Shown here: positions 1 through 12,801 of the stretch, piece by piece | Numbering within the stretch: position 1 is the first letter of the stretch | How the letters are laid out: every line of letters starts with the position of its first letter | NCBI GenBank assembly: GCA_963815455.1 | Contig: CAWFGO010000001.1 | Coordinates: forward strand, 1,344,001 to 1,408,000 | Length of the DNA: 64,000 bases | Origin: an uncultured Verrucomicrobiae bacterium | GTDB lineage: Bacteria > Verrucomicrobiota > Verrucomicrobiia > Chthoniobacterales > UBA10450 | Direction of reading: 5' to 3' | Program-made: the position numbers and the translations under genes | Notes under the pieces: model-generated | What the model was told of the DNA's origin: nothing | Database searches by the model: none | Seen by the model: only the letters and a program-made list of their open reading frames with translations

Positions 1-83
1 ACGGTGGGATTCTCCTTATTCATGGTGCGACGTCCGTGTACACAATCGACTTCCGCATTTGCGGCCCAACTCTTCTATTAATG

Positions 84-1124
84 TTATGACGGCGCGACGT
101 TCAGAACGACACGGCCGTTTACTTTGCCTTCTTTCAGCCGGCTGAAAACCTCGTTAATTGACTCGAGCGGAAGCTGCTCGATCGTCGCCTTCACCTTGCC
201 CTGGGCAGCGAAGCCGATCGCTTCCTCAAGATCTTTTCTCGTCCCAACGATCGAACCTCGAAGCGTGTAGCGACTTAGCACCACATCGAAAATGGAGACC
301 GGAAATTCGCCGGGAGGTAGTCCAACCAGCACGCATGTCCCGTGGCGACGGAGCATGCCGATAGCCTGTTTAAATGCGATGGGCGACACCGCAGTGACGA
401 GAACACCGTGAGCTCCGCCGGTTTGTTCCTGAATTTGCCGGGCTGGATCTGCGGAGCTGGCGTCCACCGTAATCTCGGCGCCGAGCTTGCGAGCTAATTC
501 CAGCTTCGGCTCTCCAACATCGACAGCGGCCACACGAAATCCCATCGCCGTGGCGTACTGAAGAGCGACATGACCTAAACCGCCGACACCTGAAATCACG
601 ACCCATTCTCCGGGACGCGCCTCGGTTTCTTTCAGACCTTTGTAGGTCGTGACGCCCGCGCATAGGATTGGGCCAGCATCGACAAATGAGAGTTGATCGG
701 GAATTCTGCCGAGGAAATCTGCCTGAGCGAGCGCGTACTCAGCGAAGCTTCCGTTTACTGAATAACCCGAGTTCTGCTGCGCCTTGCAGAGTGTTTCCCA
801 ACCGGAAAGACAGAATTCGCAATGACCACAAGCACTATGCAACCAGGCGATGCCGACCCGATCTCCTTCTTTCAAGTGGGTGACGCCCGGTCCAAGCTTC
901 ACCACCACACCCGCGCCTTCATGTCCGGGAATAAATGGCGGAGTAGGTTTCACCGGCCAATCACCGTCGGCGGCATGTAAGTCGGTATGACATACACCTG
1001 TGGCGATGATCTTTACTAAGGCTTGTCCAGGTCCGGGTGAAGGAACAGGAACTTCGCGGAGTTGTAGAGGCTGGCGGAATTTCTCCACAACCGCCGCTCT
1101 CATTGTCTTAGGAATCGTTCTCAT
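84..1124 (-). CDS. adhP: Zinc-dependent alcohol dehydrogenase (AdhP type)
   Basis: 346 aa with [12 protein letters not shown], the structural-Zn CxxCxxC..C and GVGGLG Rossmann motif. Confidence 0.95.
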   Translation of the reverse strand: MRTIPKTMRAAVVEKFRQPLQLREVPVPSPGPGQALVKIIATGVCHTDLHAADGDWPVKPTPPFIPGHEGAGVVVKLGPGVTHLKEGDRVGIAWLHSACGHCEFCLSGWETLCKAQQNSGYSVNGSFAEYALAQADFLGRIPDQLSFVDAGPILCAGVTTYKGLKETEARPGEWVVISGVGGLGHVALQYATAMGFRVAAVDVGEPKLELARKLGAEITVDASSADPARQIQEQTGGAHGVLVTAVSPIAFKQAIGMLRRHGTCVLVGLPPGEFPVSIFDVVLSRYTLRGSIVGTRKDLEEAIGFAAQGKVKATIEQLPLESINEVFSRLKEGKVNGRVVLNVAPS

Positions 1125-1168
1125 GATGTGCTCATAAACATGGTTGTCGTTGGTGCGAATTTACTCTT

Positions 1169-1212
1169 GGGCACACTCTACTTTGTGCCCGGCAGCAATT
1201 GCGAATTGCTGC
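1169..1212. promoter_or_regulatory. Two adjacent inverted repeats in the divergent adhP/MFS intergenic region
   Basis: GGGCACA-N8-TGTGCCC followed by GCAGCAATT-GCG-AATTGCTGC; function not known. Confidence 0.3.
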
Positions 1213-1326
1213 GCATTTCTTGCCGCGCCTGTGGGTTCACCGCGAAAAATCGCTGATTTGAAAATGCTGTTCAACGGCGCTCGTTAAGACCACACTTCCC
1301 GCGCTGGTGAAGAGTTCATTGGTGTC

Positions 1327-2535
1327 ATGAAGAAAGACCAAGCCGCACGAGCGGACTCGCCACTACCGACCAGGCGGCGCTTACCTATGGCGATATGGGC
1401 CCTCGGCCTGGGTTCGCTCTTGATGGATACATCATCAGAACTCGTCCACGCCCTTTCGCCGGTGCTTCTGGTTAACATGCTCGGCGCGTCGGTCGTGGCG
1501 GTTGGAATGATCGAGGGCGTGGCGGAAGGAGCCGCAGCCGTGGCCAAGGTGTTCGCCGGCGCAATCAGTGATTACTTCCGGCGGCGCAAGACACTGATCG
1601 TGCTCGGTTATGCGCTGGCCGCCTTAGCCAAGCCGCTCTTTCCGCTGGCTGCTTCTGCATCGTGGATTTTCGCGGCGCGATTTATCGATCGTATGAGCAA
1701 AGGTATCCGCGATGCGCCGCGCGACGCGTTGGTCGCGGACATCACTGCGCAAACGCAGCGCGGAGCAGCCTACGGTCTGCGACAGGCACTCGACTCAGTA
1801 GGTGCTGTGCTGGGACCGATCCTCGCCGTGCTCCTAATGCTTTACTTCTCGGGAGGAATCCGGGCGGCAATGTGGGTGGCCGTGATTCCAGCAGTAATGG
1901 CCGTGTTGGTGCTGGTCTTTCTCCTGCGTGAACCGGAGCAGAAGCAAGCTGTGACTCGCGAACCGCCGGATTGGGGAAAGGTAAGAGAGCTTTCGGGACG
2001 TTACTGGCTCATAGTAGCGGTGGGAGCAATCTTCACCGCCGCGCGTTTCAGTGATTCCTTCCTTGTCCTGCGTGCACGCGACATCGGGCTTTCCACGTCC
2101 TACGCACCTATTATTATGGTAGTGTTGAGCTGCGTCTACGCCGCCGGCTCTTACCCTGCAGGTGCGGCCTCGGATCGCATCCATCCCCGCACATTACTTC
2201 TCATAGGACTTGGTTTTCTTATCGCTGCTGACACTGTGCTAGCTGTAGGTCACTCAATCGTGCCTCTCTTTGCCGGCGGCATCTTGTGGGGCTTGCATCT
2301 GGCTTTCATCCAGGGCGTGTTCGCAAAGGTAGTGGCCGACTTCGTGCCGCTAGACCTGCGCGCCACTGGCTTTGGTATCTTCGATCTCGCGCGTGGCGTT
2401 GGATTCGTCATAGCCAACGTAGTTGCCGGATGGTGGTGGCGAACTTCCGGCCCGCCTGCGGCCTTCATCAGTGCTGCAGCTTTCGCCACCATTGCCGGCA
2501 TCGGGTTATCCGCTGTTACGCGCCACCGCAAATGA
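1327..2535 (+). CDS. MFS transporter
   Basis: 402 aa, about 12 hydrophobic segments, motif-A-like GAISDYFRRRK and DRMSKGIRDAPRDAL. Confidence 0.9.
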   Translation: MKKDQAARADSPLPTRRRLPMAIWALGLGSLLMDTSSELVHALSPVLLVNMLGASVVAVGMIEGVAEGAAAVAKVFAGAISDYFRRRKTLIVLGYALAALAKPLFPLAASASWIFAARFIDRMSKGIRDAPRDALVADITAQTQRGAAYGLRQALDSVGAVLGPILAVLLMLYFSGGIRAAMWVAVIPAVMAVLVLVFLLREPEQKQAVTREPPDWGKVRELSGRYWLIVAVGAIFTAARFSDSFLVLRARDIGLSTSYAPIIMVVLSCVYAAGSYPAGAASDRIHPRTLLLIGLGFLIAADTVLAVGHSIVPLFAGGILWGLHLAFIQGVFAKVVADFVPLDLRATGFGIFDLARGVGFVIANVVAGWWWRTSGPPAAFISAAAFATIAGIGLSAVTRHRK

Positions 2536-2616
2536 TCAGATCAGCAGATCGACCGCAGATACGATGACGCCGATTGCAGGAATGCGATCAAAGACTCATC
2601 GCGGTATGATGAAGGT

Positions 2617-5600
2617 TCATGCAGCGGGCGATTCCGGCCCCATGACGACACGTACCTCACGAGGCAACGCATCGTCACGTAAAGTTACTATCTTGTCGGC
2701 AACGGCAATTCCATCCACTTCCAACAGGGTCACACCGCGGGAACAGTGGCCGGGATTCTCGATCGCTATCCGATACAGGGTGTTCTGGTAACGGTAGCGC
2801 AATTGAAAGCCCGGCCAATCTTTGGGTATGACCGGATCGATCGTGAACGTGTCGCCGCGACGTTTGAATCCTAACACTTCCTCGAGCCAGACGCGATACG
2901 TCCAAGCCGCCGAACCTGAGTACCACGTCCAACCGCCGCGTCCAACATGGCTGGCTAACGAGTAAATATCACCGGCCATGACGTAAGGCTCCACCTTGTA
3001 CCGTTCGCGATCCTCGTCTTCCCGGGCACGCTCGACTGGATTTAGCATTCGCAAAAGTCGGTACTGCATTGTCGCCATCGCCTACGCGGGCAAAAGCCAT
3101 GGCAACCCAGGTAGCAGCATGAGTGTATTGGCCGCCGTTTTCCCGTACGCCGGGTGGATAACCCTTTATGTAACCAACGTCGGCGGTGGTTTTGTCGAAC
3201 GGTGGAGTGAAGAGCAGGATCAGCTTGTCGGCCTCGCGAATGAGATTCTCTTTGACTGATCGCAGCGCGATCTCTACGCGATCAGGGTTGGCGGCGTTGG
3301 AGATCGCGGCCCATGTTTGGGGAATCGAATCGATTCGGGCTTCTGTGTTTTCCCTTGATCCTAAAGGAGTGCCATCGTCAAAATACCCTCGACGATACCA
3401 CGCTCCGTCCCAGGCCTCCGCCTCAGTGGCCTTTGCGAGCCCGGCTGCGCGGGTGCGGCAAGCTTGGGCTTCCTCGTTCAGCTCGCGCGAGGTGAGCAGC
3501 TCGGCGAAATCTTCCAGCACACAAACCTCAAACCAGGCGAGCCAGACGCTCTCGCCTTTGCCGCCGAGCCCGACGCGGTTGAGACCGTCGTTCCAATCGC
3601 CGCTTCCGATCAGCGGCAAGCCATGCGGGCCGATGCTCGCAGAGCACGCGATGGCTCGACGGCAATGTTCGAGCAGCGAACCTCGGGTTTGGGAAACGGC
3701 CGGAATCGAAAGGCTTTCAATTTGTTGTTTCTCCAGCGGGTTGGCTTCGAGGAATGGAACCATCTGATCGAGAATCGCGGCGTCGCCCGTAGTGCGGACG
3801 TACTGCGCGGTGACAAAAGGAAGCCAGAGAAGATCGTCACTGATTCGGGTGCGAACGCCTGCGCCCGACTCAGGATGCCACCAGTGCTGGACATCGCCTT
3901 CCAAAAATTGTCGCGCGGCTGCGCGCAAAATGTGGTCACGCGCAAGGTCGGGCGCAGCATGCACGAGAGCCATGACATCTTGCAATTGATCGCGGAAGCC
4001 ATAGGCGCCGCTCGACTGATAAAGAGCTGTGCGACCCCAGACTCGGCAGCTAAGCGTCTGGTAAAGCAGCCAGCGGTTGAGCAGAAAGTTCGTGGAAAGC
4101 TCCGATGTTTCCACTTCGATCGTGCTCAGGATCCGGTCCCACCAGCGGCGGGTTTCCTGAAACGCAGCCTCGACGTTCGCGGGATCGCGGAACCGGTTCA
4201 CGAGTTCGCGCGCTTTTTCTTCGTCGTCCGCCTGTCCGAGGAGAAAAGTCAGTTCGACGGTGGACCTCGGTTCAATCTCGACCACGACCTGCACGGCGAC
4301 GCAAGGATCGAGGCCAGCGCCAACGTCACCGGTCAATCGTTCATGCTCCATCGCGGCTGGATCCCGCAGTGACCGGTTGCGCCCGATGAACACGGCGCGA
4401 TCACCGGTGAACGAAGCAGGCGCTGGAGTCGAAGTGGCAAAAGTGACGCATTCGCAAAATTCCGGATTGTAGGAATTGCGGGCAAACAGGCTCTGGCTCT
4501 GCAAATCCCATTTCGTAACGATATGCATGGCAGTTTCCTCCGGAGCGGATCCCAGAACGAGTGTGGCGTAGGAGGTGACGGTCAGCTTCCGACGGCGCGA
4601 CGAATTGTTGCGCAAGCGCAACCGCTGCAGGCGCACAGGCAATCCGCCGGCGTCATCCAGCGGCACGAAGGTGAGCAGCCGTTGTTCGATCGCGTGGCTG
4701 TTGTGTTCAAAGGTTGTGTAACCCTGACCATGGTGCGCGCGATAGGCGTCCTTCTCACGAATCGGCTGAGCTGTGGGCGACCAAGCGACGCCCATGTCAT
4801 CATCGCGGATATAAATGGCCGTTCCGGGCGGATCGGAGATCGGATCGTTGAACCACGGCGTGAGACGATCATTCTGGCTATTACGGCCCCAGATACATTC
4901 AGTCCCTGACTCGGAAACGAATGCGCCGAACTTCGGATTGGCCATGATGTTAATCCAAGGCAGCGGCGTTTGCCGGCCAGGCCCCAAATAGATAACGAAT
5001 TCTTTTCCGTCCTCGGTAAATCCGCCGCGACCGTTGAAGTATTTCAACTCCATGAAGGCTAGGGGCGCAGAGGGCTCTTCCTGGAACTGCCGGCCGGGCG
5101 CCAGCAGCGGCGGCTTTGCCGAAACGGGTGTAGTCGCGGCAAGTTGCTGGCGCAGCGTGCCGCGAGCTGCAACAAAAACCATCCGGGCAGCGGCCTGCAG
5201 CGCGCTCAACTCTTCTTTGGACATTTTAGTCGATAAATGGAGATAAACACCCCCGAGCTGATCCACTCCGGTCAGGTGCGCCTGCGCCTCAACCAGCTGG
5301 CGCAGGTGCGCGTTCAACGGCTCATCATAACTCGCCGGTTCCTCGTTCACGAGCACCAGATCGACCTTTAGGCCGCGCAGATTCCAAAACGTATATGCGG
5401 TCAAAATTTCCCGCACCACTTCGATGTCGCGGAGGTGACCGATCATAACGAGGACAATGGGCAGGTCCCCGGAAATTCCCAGTCGCCAGAGTGCCCGCTG
5501 GCCCTCGGTCCGGCGACTCAGGCGCGCGGGCGGCGGTCTCAGCCAGGCACGCGGGAAGACGATGAGACTCGCCAGCTGTTGAAACGTTTGGGCGTCGGCG

Positions 5601-8600
5601 GGGCGAATACGGAGCCGGCGCATCTCCAGTTGGGAATGGGTCCAGGCGGTTTCAAAAGCCCGCGCGCAAGTGTGAAACTGCGAATAACGCTCGGCCAGCG
5701 CGACCACCGCTTCGCGCGACGCCGCCACTACGGTAACGAGGGCAAACTGCAAGCGCTCGTTAGGCAGGATCGCGACGCGCCGGCGCAAACTGAAGATCGG
5801 GTCGAGCACGGTGCCGATGCTGTTCGTTAGGCTGTGGGTAATCGCTTCGGGATTTTCCAGCGTGCGGCCCCGGCCCAGGAATTTCGCGCGGTCGGTTTCA
5901 AACTCGGTCGAGTCGATAAAAGTGGAGGGCTCGGCGACCATGAGGTGCGCGGCCCAGATGGGCCGCTCGTCGGGCGCGCGAAGGCGGCGTCGAGCGACGA
6001 GCGCGTTACAATGCGGCAGCCATTCGGTTTCGATGAAGAGCTTGCTGAATGCGGGATGCGCGCGATCGGCCCGATGCGGCGCGAGCGCGAGCTCAAGATA
6101 GCTGGTCAACTCCAGCCGGCACGGTTTGGGCGAGGTATTCACCAAGGTGACGCGGCGGATTTCAGCGTCATCTTCCGCGGAGACGGCAATCTCCGTGATC
6201 GTCTCGCACGGTCCGCTCCTCCGCCGGAACTCCGCTTTATCCGGAGTAAAACTCCAGGTGTAACGGCGCTCGGGAGACCGCACTGGTTGATGGGTGTTGC
6301 TCCAGATCGTTCCGCTCTCCAGATCCCGGATATAACAAGCCGGCCCTGAAACGTCGCAGGTCGCATCGGCATGCCAGCGCGTTACGTCCAAGTCCAGCCA
6401 GCGCAATGAGCCGCCGCCGGAGTTCGTCACTGTGACGGAGCAAGTTCCATTGGAGAGGAGGTGGATGCGGGGCGAGGAGATGTCCGGTGTCTGCGCCACA
6501 ACCGTGGCGCCAACGGCCGGAATAGCCCGGAGCAGCGGCCGCTCTTCATGGACCTCGCGTGTCGTGGGCAAAATCTGTTCGGGGATATGCTCGTGCAAGA
6601 GCGGCTCAGTGGCGCGAACGCGCGGATCGGAATGGAATCGACGCCGCATCACATTGTCATGTAAAGCGTTGTCGTAGGCGAGAAGCGACATGCCATGGTG
6701 ATGCACCATGTAGCAGTGGATCGTAATGCCAGCCGCGCCCCCGGGTTCGGTCCGTCGCGAGTAATCCACCGCTTCGTAGTAGCCGTAGTCGCCGAGCAGC
6801 GCCGAGTCCGACCGAGTGGCGAGCTTCCGCAGATTCTTGACGGCGGCGGCCGGTTGCACGCCGAGAGCGAGCGCGGCCGCGTACGGCGCCACCACCAAAT
6901 CGTTTCCCTGCCCACGCTTCAACGCCAGCGCCGGCACGCCAAACGCCCGATACTGATAGACATTGTGCCGGTCGAGCGCGCTGAAAGCGGATTCCGAGAT
7001 GCCCCACGGCACGCCCTTTCGTTCGGCATAGGCAATCTGACAGCGCACGGCGTCCTGACAGGCGCGATCAAGTAGCGAATTCTCGTGCATCTGGGTAAAC
7101 AAGGCCGGCATCAAATATTCGAACATGGTCCCGCTCCAGGAGAGAAGCGGCAGCCGCCCGTAGGCCGAGCCGAAGGGGCGACTCAAAGCCCACCAATGTT
7201 CCACCGGCACGTCACCGCGCGCGATGGCCAGGAAGCTCGTTAGGCGCGCTTCGCTCGCGAGCAAATCGTAAAACGAGTTGTCGAGCCGGCGCTCTGCCAC
7301 CTGGTAGCCGATGGCAAAAATCCGCCGTTCCTTGTCGTAGAGAAATCGCAACGCCATACCGTTTTCCAGTTCCTGGCTGCGAGCGATTAATTCGTCCAAT
7401 TGCGCAAGCTGTTCCGAGGCGTTCCGGCGTGAACGCTCCACCTCGGTGACCAGACGATCGAGCCACTCGCGCACGGCGGGAGGAATCTCGGGTTGCTCCG
7501 CTCGACCATGGAAAGCAAGCAGGGGCACCAGTCCGGCGACGCCGTCGAGGGCAATATTGCGCAGCGAAAAGGTGGCAGCGAGTGCGTCACGCCGGGATTC
7601 ATGCGCGGCTTCGCCTAACGATCCCATTTGCGCGGGCGGCGTCATCAGGATTTCCACCGGTCCAAGATATTTGTCGATGACGCTGTTCCAGGACTCGACC
7701 TGCCTTGAAATTTGCCGGGCCCAATAAACACGCGGTTCGGTTTCCTCCCCCTGAAAGTGTCGTAGAAGATCCTGGGCCGGGTGTCGCGCCGCCCGTAAGC
7801 GGAGGATGACTTGCTGCAGATCAGCGGGCTCGTCCGCCGTCAATTCCGCGAGCTGACGAAACCCCGGAAGATCTGCTGTTGCGTTGAGCGAGGCAGCAAT
7901 TTGCCGGAGCACGCCAAGGGTGTCGCCTATTCCGCGCAATGCGCTCGCATCAAGAAGGGCGCGTGCGGCCAATTCATCGCAACTGGTCCTGAAAACGAGG
8001 AGGCTGGCGAGCAGATTGCCGCTGTCTACCGTCGAGACATACCGTGGACGCAACGGCTCGAGCGTTCTCAGGTCGTACCAATTAAAGAAATGACCTTCGA
8101 AACGCTCGAGCTTATCCAGGGTTTCCAGCGTGGCCAGACTGCGTGCCACCACGTCGTCGATTGTGACGTAACCAAAATCATTGGCCGCCACCGTCGCCAG
8201 CACCCAGAGCCCGATGTTCGTCGGTGAAGTACGCAGGAAAATTTCCCGCTTTGGTGTTTCCTGGACGTTGTCCGGTGGCAACCAGGAGGTTTGTGGTCCG
8301 ACAAAATCATCGAAGTATCTCCAGGTTCGTCGCGCGGCCATGCGCAGGAATCGGCGATCGCCCGCCGTCAAGATTCCGCCGCGCCAACTTTTCGCCGGGC
8401 GATCGATCACCATTACCGCCAGCGGAAAAAGGGCTGACAAAAGAAGGAACGGACCCATCGCCGCCATCGCCGCTGATCCGCGCCAGGCCGCGGCGATGAA
8501 AAGGAGCGCATAGACAACGAAAATCCAAAGCCGACCGAGAACAAAGCGCCATTGCTGATTCTTTGCGCGCTGGTGAGCGTCTTGTGCGGTCTCCCACTCA

Positions 8601-11600
8601 AGCATCAACCGATGCGATTTGATTCGCCGAAAAGCGACGCGAGCGATGGCATCGAGCGCCATGACCGCATAATCCGCCAGAAAAATAAATGCGAATACCG
8701 ACCGCAGCAGGCGGTCGCGCGGCTCGCGCCAGAACCTCGTCCCGGGCGCCGGCGGATGGAACAAGAGGCTGAGGAGAGAATCCAGGACCGGCCACAACAT
8801 CAGTCCCGCAATGAGTCCGCTCCACAGCAGCGGCGCGGGCGTGCAAAGCCAACCTGCCAGGAGGAGAGCCACGGTCGCCGGCGGAACCAGACTGCGGCGA
8901 AGATTGTCGAAGATCTTCCACCGATTGAAAGCGGAGAGCGGGTTGGGTTCAAGCCTGCCGCCGCCCACGGGCACGCGCGACTTCAGCCAGTCAATGATTT
9001 GCCAATCGCCGCGAATCCAGCGGTGTTGCCGATTCCACCATTCGATGTAACTGCTCGGAAAGACATCCAGCAGCTCGATATCCGTCGCGAGCCCGACGCG
9101 GACATAACTGCCTTCCAATAGATCGTGACTCAACAAGTGGGCCGTTGGAAATCGTTCGGACACCAGACGATGGAACGTCCGCAGTTCATAGATGCCTTTG
9201 CCGTGATAACTGCCTTCTCCGGTCAAGTCCTGGTATAGATCGGAGACGGCGTGCGTGTACGGATTGATTCCCCGCGGATCGGCAAAGATGCGTGAGAACC
9301 ATGTCGCCCTCGCGCTCGGCAGCGAGGCGCTAACGCTGGGCTGAATAATTGTGTAGCCGCGAATCACGCGGCGACCATCCGGCGAAAGGCGCGCTTGATT
9401 GAGCGGATGTGCCAGGGTTTCGACCAATCTCCGGGCGGTGTCGCGCAGTAACTGGGTATCAGCGTCCAGTGTGATGACAAACCGGATGCCCTCGAGCTGC
9501 GCGCGATCACCCGTCCAGAGAAACCGTTCCAGCTCGGGCGCGGATTCGCCAACAAGGAATCGATTGAGCTGCTCGAGCTTGCCGCGCTTCCGTTCCCAAC
9601 CGATCCAGCGTTGCTCACTCTCGCTCCACGATCGCCCGCGATGAAAAAGGAAAAAGCGCCCGGCTCCGTGGCGGCGATTCAATTCCTCGATCCCTCGGGC
9701 GACAATGTCGATGTACTCTGCGTCCTCCGGCATGATCTCAAGCGGCGCGTCAGCAAAATCGCTCAGGAGCGAAAAGCGCAGATTGGCATCCGTGTTTCCG
9801 AGGTAGCGAATTTCGAGGCGATTGAGTTCGTTCTGGATTGCTTCCGGAGTGGTTAACAACATCGGCACGACCACCAACGTGTGGCAATCATCGGGAATGC
9901 CTTCTTTTTCGAAGGACATTTTCGGCAAGACCTGAGGCGGCAGGAGCACGGTCACGAAATAATTCACCGCCAGCACTGCCAGCTCGCTCGCAGGCACGAG
10001 GAGCAGAAATGCGAACAGCCCGTGCGACAGCCAATGCATCGACCCGGCGAGGAAAACGAGAGGCGCTGCCACCATCGCCGCCGTCAGCAGGAAAACATTT
10101 CCAAGGTAGGCGCCCGCCGCGTGCGCGCGCAGCCATCGGCGAGAGAATTCCGCGAAGGGAACTCTGGCATTTGTTGCCCGCTCGAGCTCCGGTCGGCCCG
10201 CGTCGATCAAATAATAGCCGACGTGTCTCGCGACTTCGTTCTCCGCGGGCCTCGACAGCGCCAGCGCCGCGTCGATCGTTTTCTCCTCCGAACACTTTGA
10301 CCATCGAGCTATTTCCTCCACCGCGCTCCGGCACCGATCACGCGTCTCAAAATCCATGCCGGTATAAACTCCGGCGGGATCGCCCGCCAATTTGTTTTCG
10401 GCCCAGCTGAGCGATGGCAAAACATCCCGCCACTGGACGTGCGCAAGGCGGCGGCAACTACCGATCAGATTGGCCAGCGCCGTCTGCTGTACCGCCTGCC
10501 GCCTGTGTTCATGCTGAATGACTTCGGGCAGCGGTGCCCGGAGCGAGCGTTCCAGCCAGCCGCTTACAATCGGCAGCGTTGCCTCTTCATCGTAGAGATG
10601 CGCTACCAGTTCGCTCGCCAAATGCGCCGTCGGCTCCGGATACCGCTCTACCAGTTCCTCCATTGCTCTGAGCAAGCGGGGCGAACTGTGCCGCACGGCG
10701 GTAATGAACCGATTCGCCCAAAAATCAGCCTCTTCGCTCTGGCTCTGTTGTTGCTCGACTTGAATCGCGATCGTGCGCAGGCATTCGAGTAACTGCAGTC
10801 GCAACATCAGCGGCAGCGCCCACAGTTCTGCGATGTTCAGCGGTGCCGTCGCCTGAAAAGCGAGCAGAAACTTCTGGATGAACTCTAACTCCAACGCGCC
10901 GCCGCTTTCGGCTACTATTTGGGCGGCCAGCTGATAAACTCGCGGCAGTCCTGCCTCGGGACCACTGGCGATGAGAGGGAGCTCTCCGTACTGTTTTTGG
11001 GGGAGGCTCTCGCGCAGATCGGTCACCTGTTCCCGAATCAGATAGGCGTTGTCGAGCAGCCACTCTGCCGAAAGCGTGAAGGCATGGTGCACCTCGGTCG
11101 ACGTCGTGAGGCTGGCGTTTGCCCATTCCAGGGCGGCCTCCGTCTCGCCCAACCGACGCAGAAACGACGGCCCGCGCGGCTTGGCTTCCCGGCTAACCGC
11201 AAGCTCATGCGCAAGGTGCTCCGCGTTTTCCGCCAGCCGCTGACTCGAAGGCAGTTCGTGACCGAGCGGTCGCGCGCTCGACTTGAATCGAAAAGGTGGA
11301 GGCGGATGAAGAGCAAACGTGACGGGCGTCTCGCTCTCTACGTCGCGCAGAATCGCCAGGAGGCGTGACGTTTCGGTGGCTTTAACTTCAGCGAGCACCA
11401 TCGTTTCACCCGGGAGAATCGTGTTTGTGCAACGGGCCAGGCTCGCATCGTCAATGTGGCGCTCACGCAATCGAACAAGGAGCCAGCCAGCCAAAGCGCC
11501 AACCGCCATGCAGGCCGTCAAAACCAACGCAAGCTCGACCGGCCGGTAGTGGGTAACCATTTCGCGTTCCCGAAAAATGATTGCGCCAACGGCCAGGCTG

Positions 11601-11842
11601 AGGGCTGAAGTGGCCATCATTGCGCCAACCACCGAGATGCCGTGCTTGTTCACGCGCAGGCGACCCGCGGATGAAGAGTAGAGTGCCGCAGAGCGGCGAA
11701 ACCCTGCTCGGTGGAGATTTTTCAGCACCGCCCGGCCGATCTCGCCGCTCTGAAAGATTCCGACCACCAGCACCAGATCGTCTTTCGTCCGCGGAAATCT
11801 CATATCAAATTTTGGAGCAGTTAGGCAGCTAGGAAGTTGCAA
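2617..11842 (-). CDS. ndvB: Cyclic beta-1,2-glucan synthase/phosphorylase-like protein (NdvB/Cgs: GT84 + glucoamylase-like + GH94), split by one +1 frameshift near 3060
   Basis: ORFs 2969..11842 and 2617..3078 join at DNAV|RLLRMLNP. Motifs WERKRGKL, LDADT, SHDLLEG, RWIRGDWQ, YQSSGAYGFRDQLQD, GDWNDG, ENGGQYTH, GGWTWYSGSA. Confidence 0.88.
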
Positions 11843-11961
11843 GCTCTGTCTTCAAACTCGCTTAGTCTCTGTAGGGCGTCCACAATTCCAGAACACAAAG
11901 AACATGAGCTTCCCGATCCAATTAGCGTGAGCGTCAGACTCCGCCGCTCGCTAATCAAGGC

Positions 11962-12801
11962 TCAGACGCGGCGGCCAGGCAACTGCATGTTGCTCAACGC
12001 GGCGAGAGGCCGCGGCAAACCGCGTTCTCCTAACCACCGCCTGTGAGGCCGTACTCGTCGAACCATGCGAAGGCCAAACGCCTCGATCGCCTTGCTGCGA
12101 ATGTGCGCGATCGCGTCATCGACTGAATCCGTGACGTAGACCAAGTCGGAATCAGATGGTGCGATCGTTCCAGCTCTCACCATTTTGTCGATGAACGGGA
12201 TTAGTTCCCGCCAGTAATCAGTGCCCATGATCACAACTGGGAAGCTCCTGATTTTGCGGGTCTGAATCAGGGTGATCGCTTCGAACATTTCATCAAGCGT
12301 TCCCGCGCCACCGGGGAGAATGGCGAACGCGTAGGAATATTTTACCAACAGCGTTTTGCGGACAAAAAAGTAGTGCAGCGTGACGAAACGATCGAGATAC
12401 CCGTTTGGATGTTGCTCCATCGGTAACTCGATATTGCAACCGACCGAGCGTCCGCCGACTTCTTTGGCGCCGCGGTTCGCCGCTTCCATGATTCCGGGAC
12501 CGCCGCCGGTCATTACGGTGAAGCCCAGCTCCGCGATGGCTGCGCCCATCCTCCTGGCCAGCTCGTAGTATGGGCTGTCGATCTTAATTCGAGCGGAACC
12601 GAAAACAGTAACGCAAGGGCCGACGAAGTGTAGAACTCGGAAGCCGCGAAGAAAATCACGCATCACGCGAATGAGAATGATGAACTCGCGAAAACGCGAG
12701 CGCGGTCCTTCGAGGAAGATCTCGTCCGCGCGGCGTGCCGATCCAGTCGGAGATGGCGAATCTCCATTCGGCTCACCCGATGCGTTGTCTGACATGTGCA
12801 C
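11962..12801 (-). CDS. LOG family (TIGR00730) Rossmann-fold nucleotide phosphoribohydrolase
   Basis: VTVFGSAR, TGGGPGIMEAAN and PGGAGTLDE motifs. Confidence 0.9.
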   Translation of the reverse strand: MHMSDNASGEPNGDSPSPTGSARRADEIFLEGPRSRFREFIILIRVMRDFLRGFRVLHFVGPCVTVFGSARIKIDSPYYELARRMGAAIAELGFTVMTGGGPGIMEAANRGAKEVGGRSVGCNIELPMEQHPNGYLDRFVTLHYFFVRKTLLVKYSYAFAILPGGAGTLDEMFEAITLIQTRKIRSFPVVIMGTDYWRELIPFIDKMVRAGTIAPSDSDLVYVTDSVDDAIAHIRSKAIEAFGLRMVRRVRPHRRWLGERGLPRPLAALSNMQLPGRRV

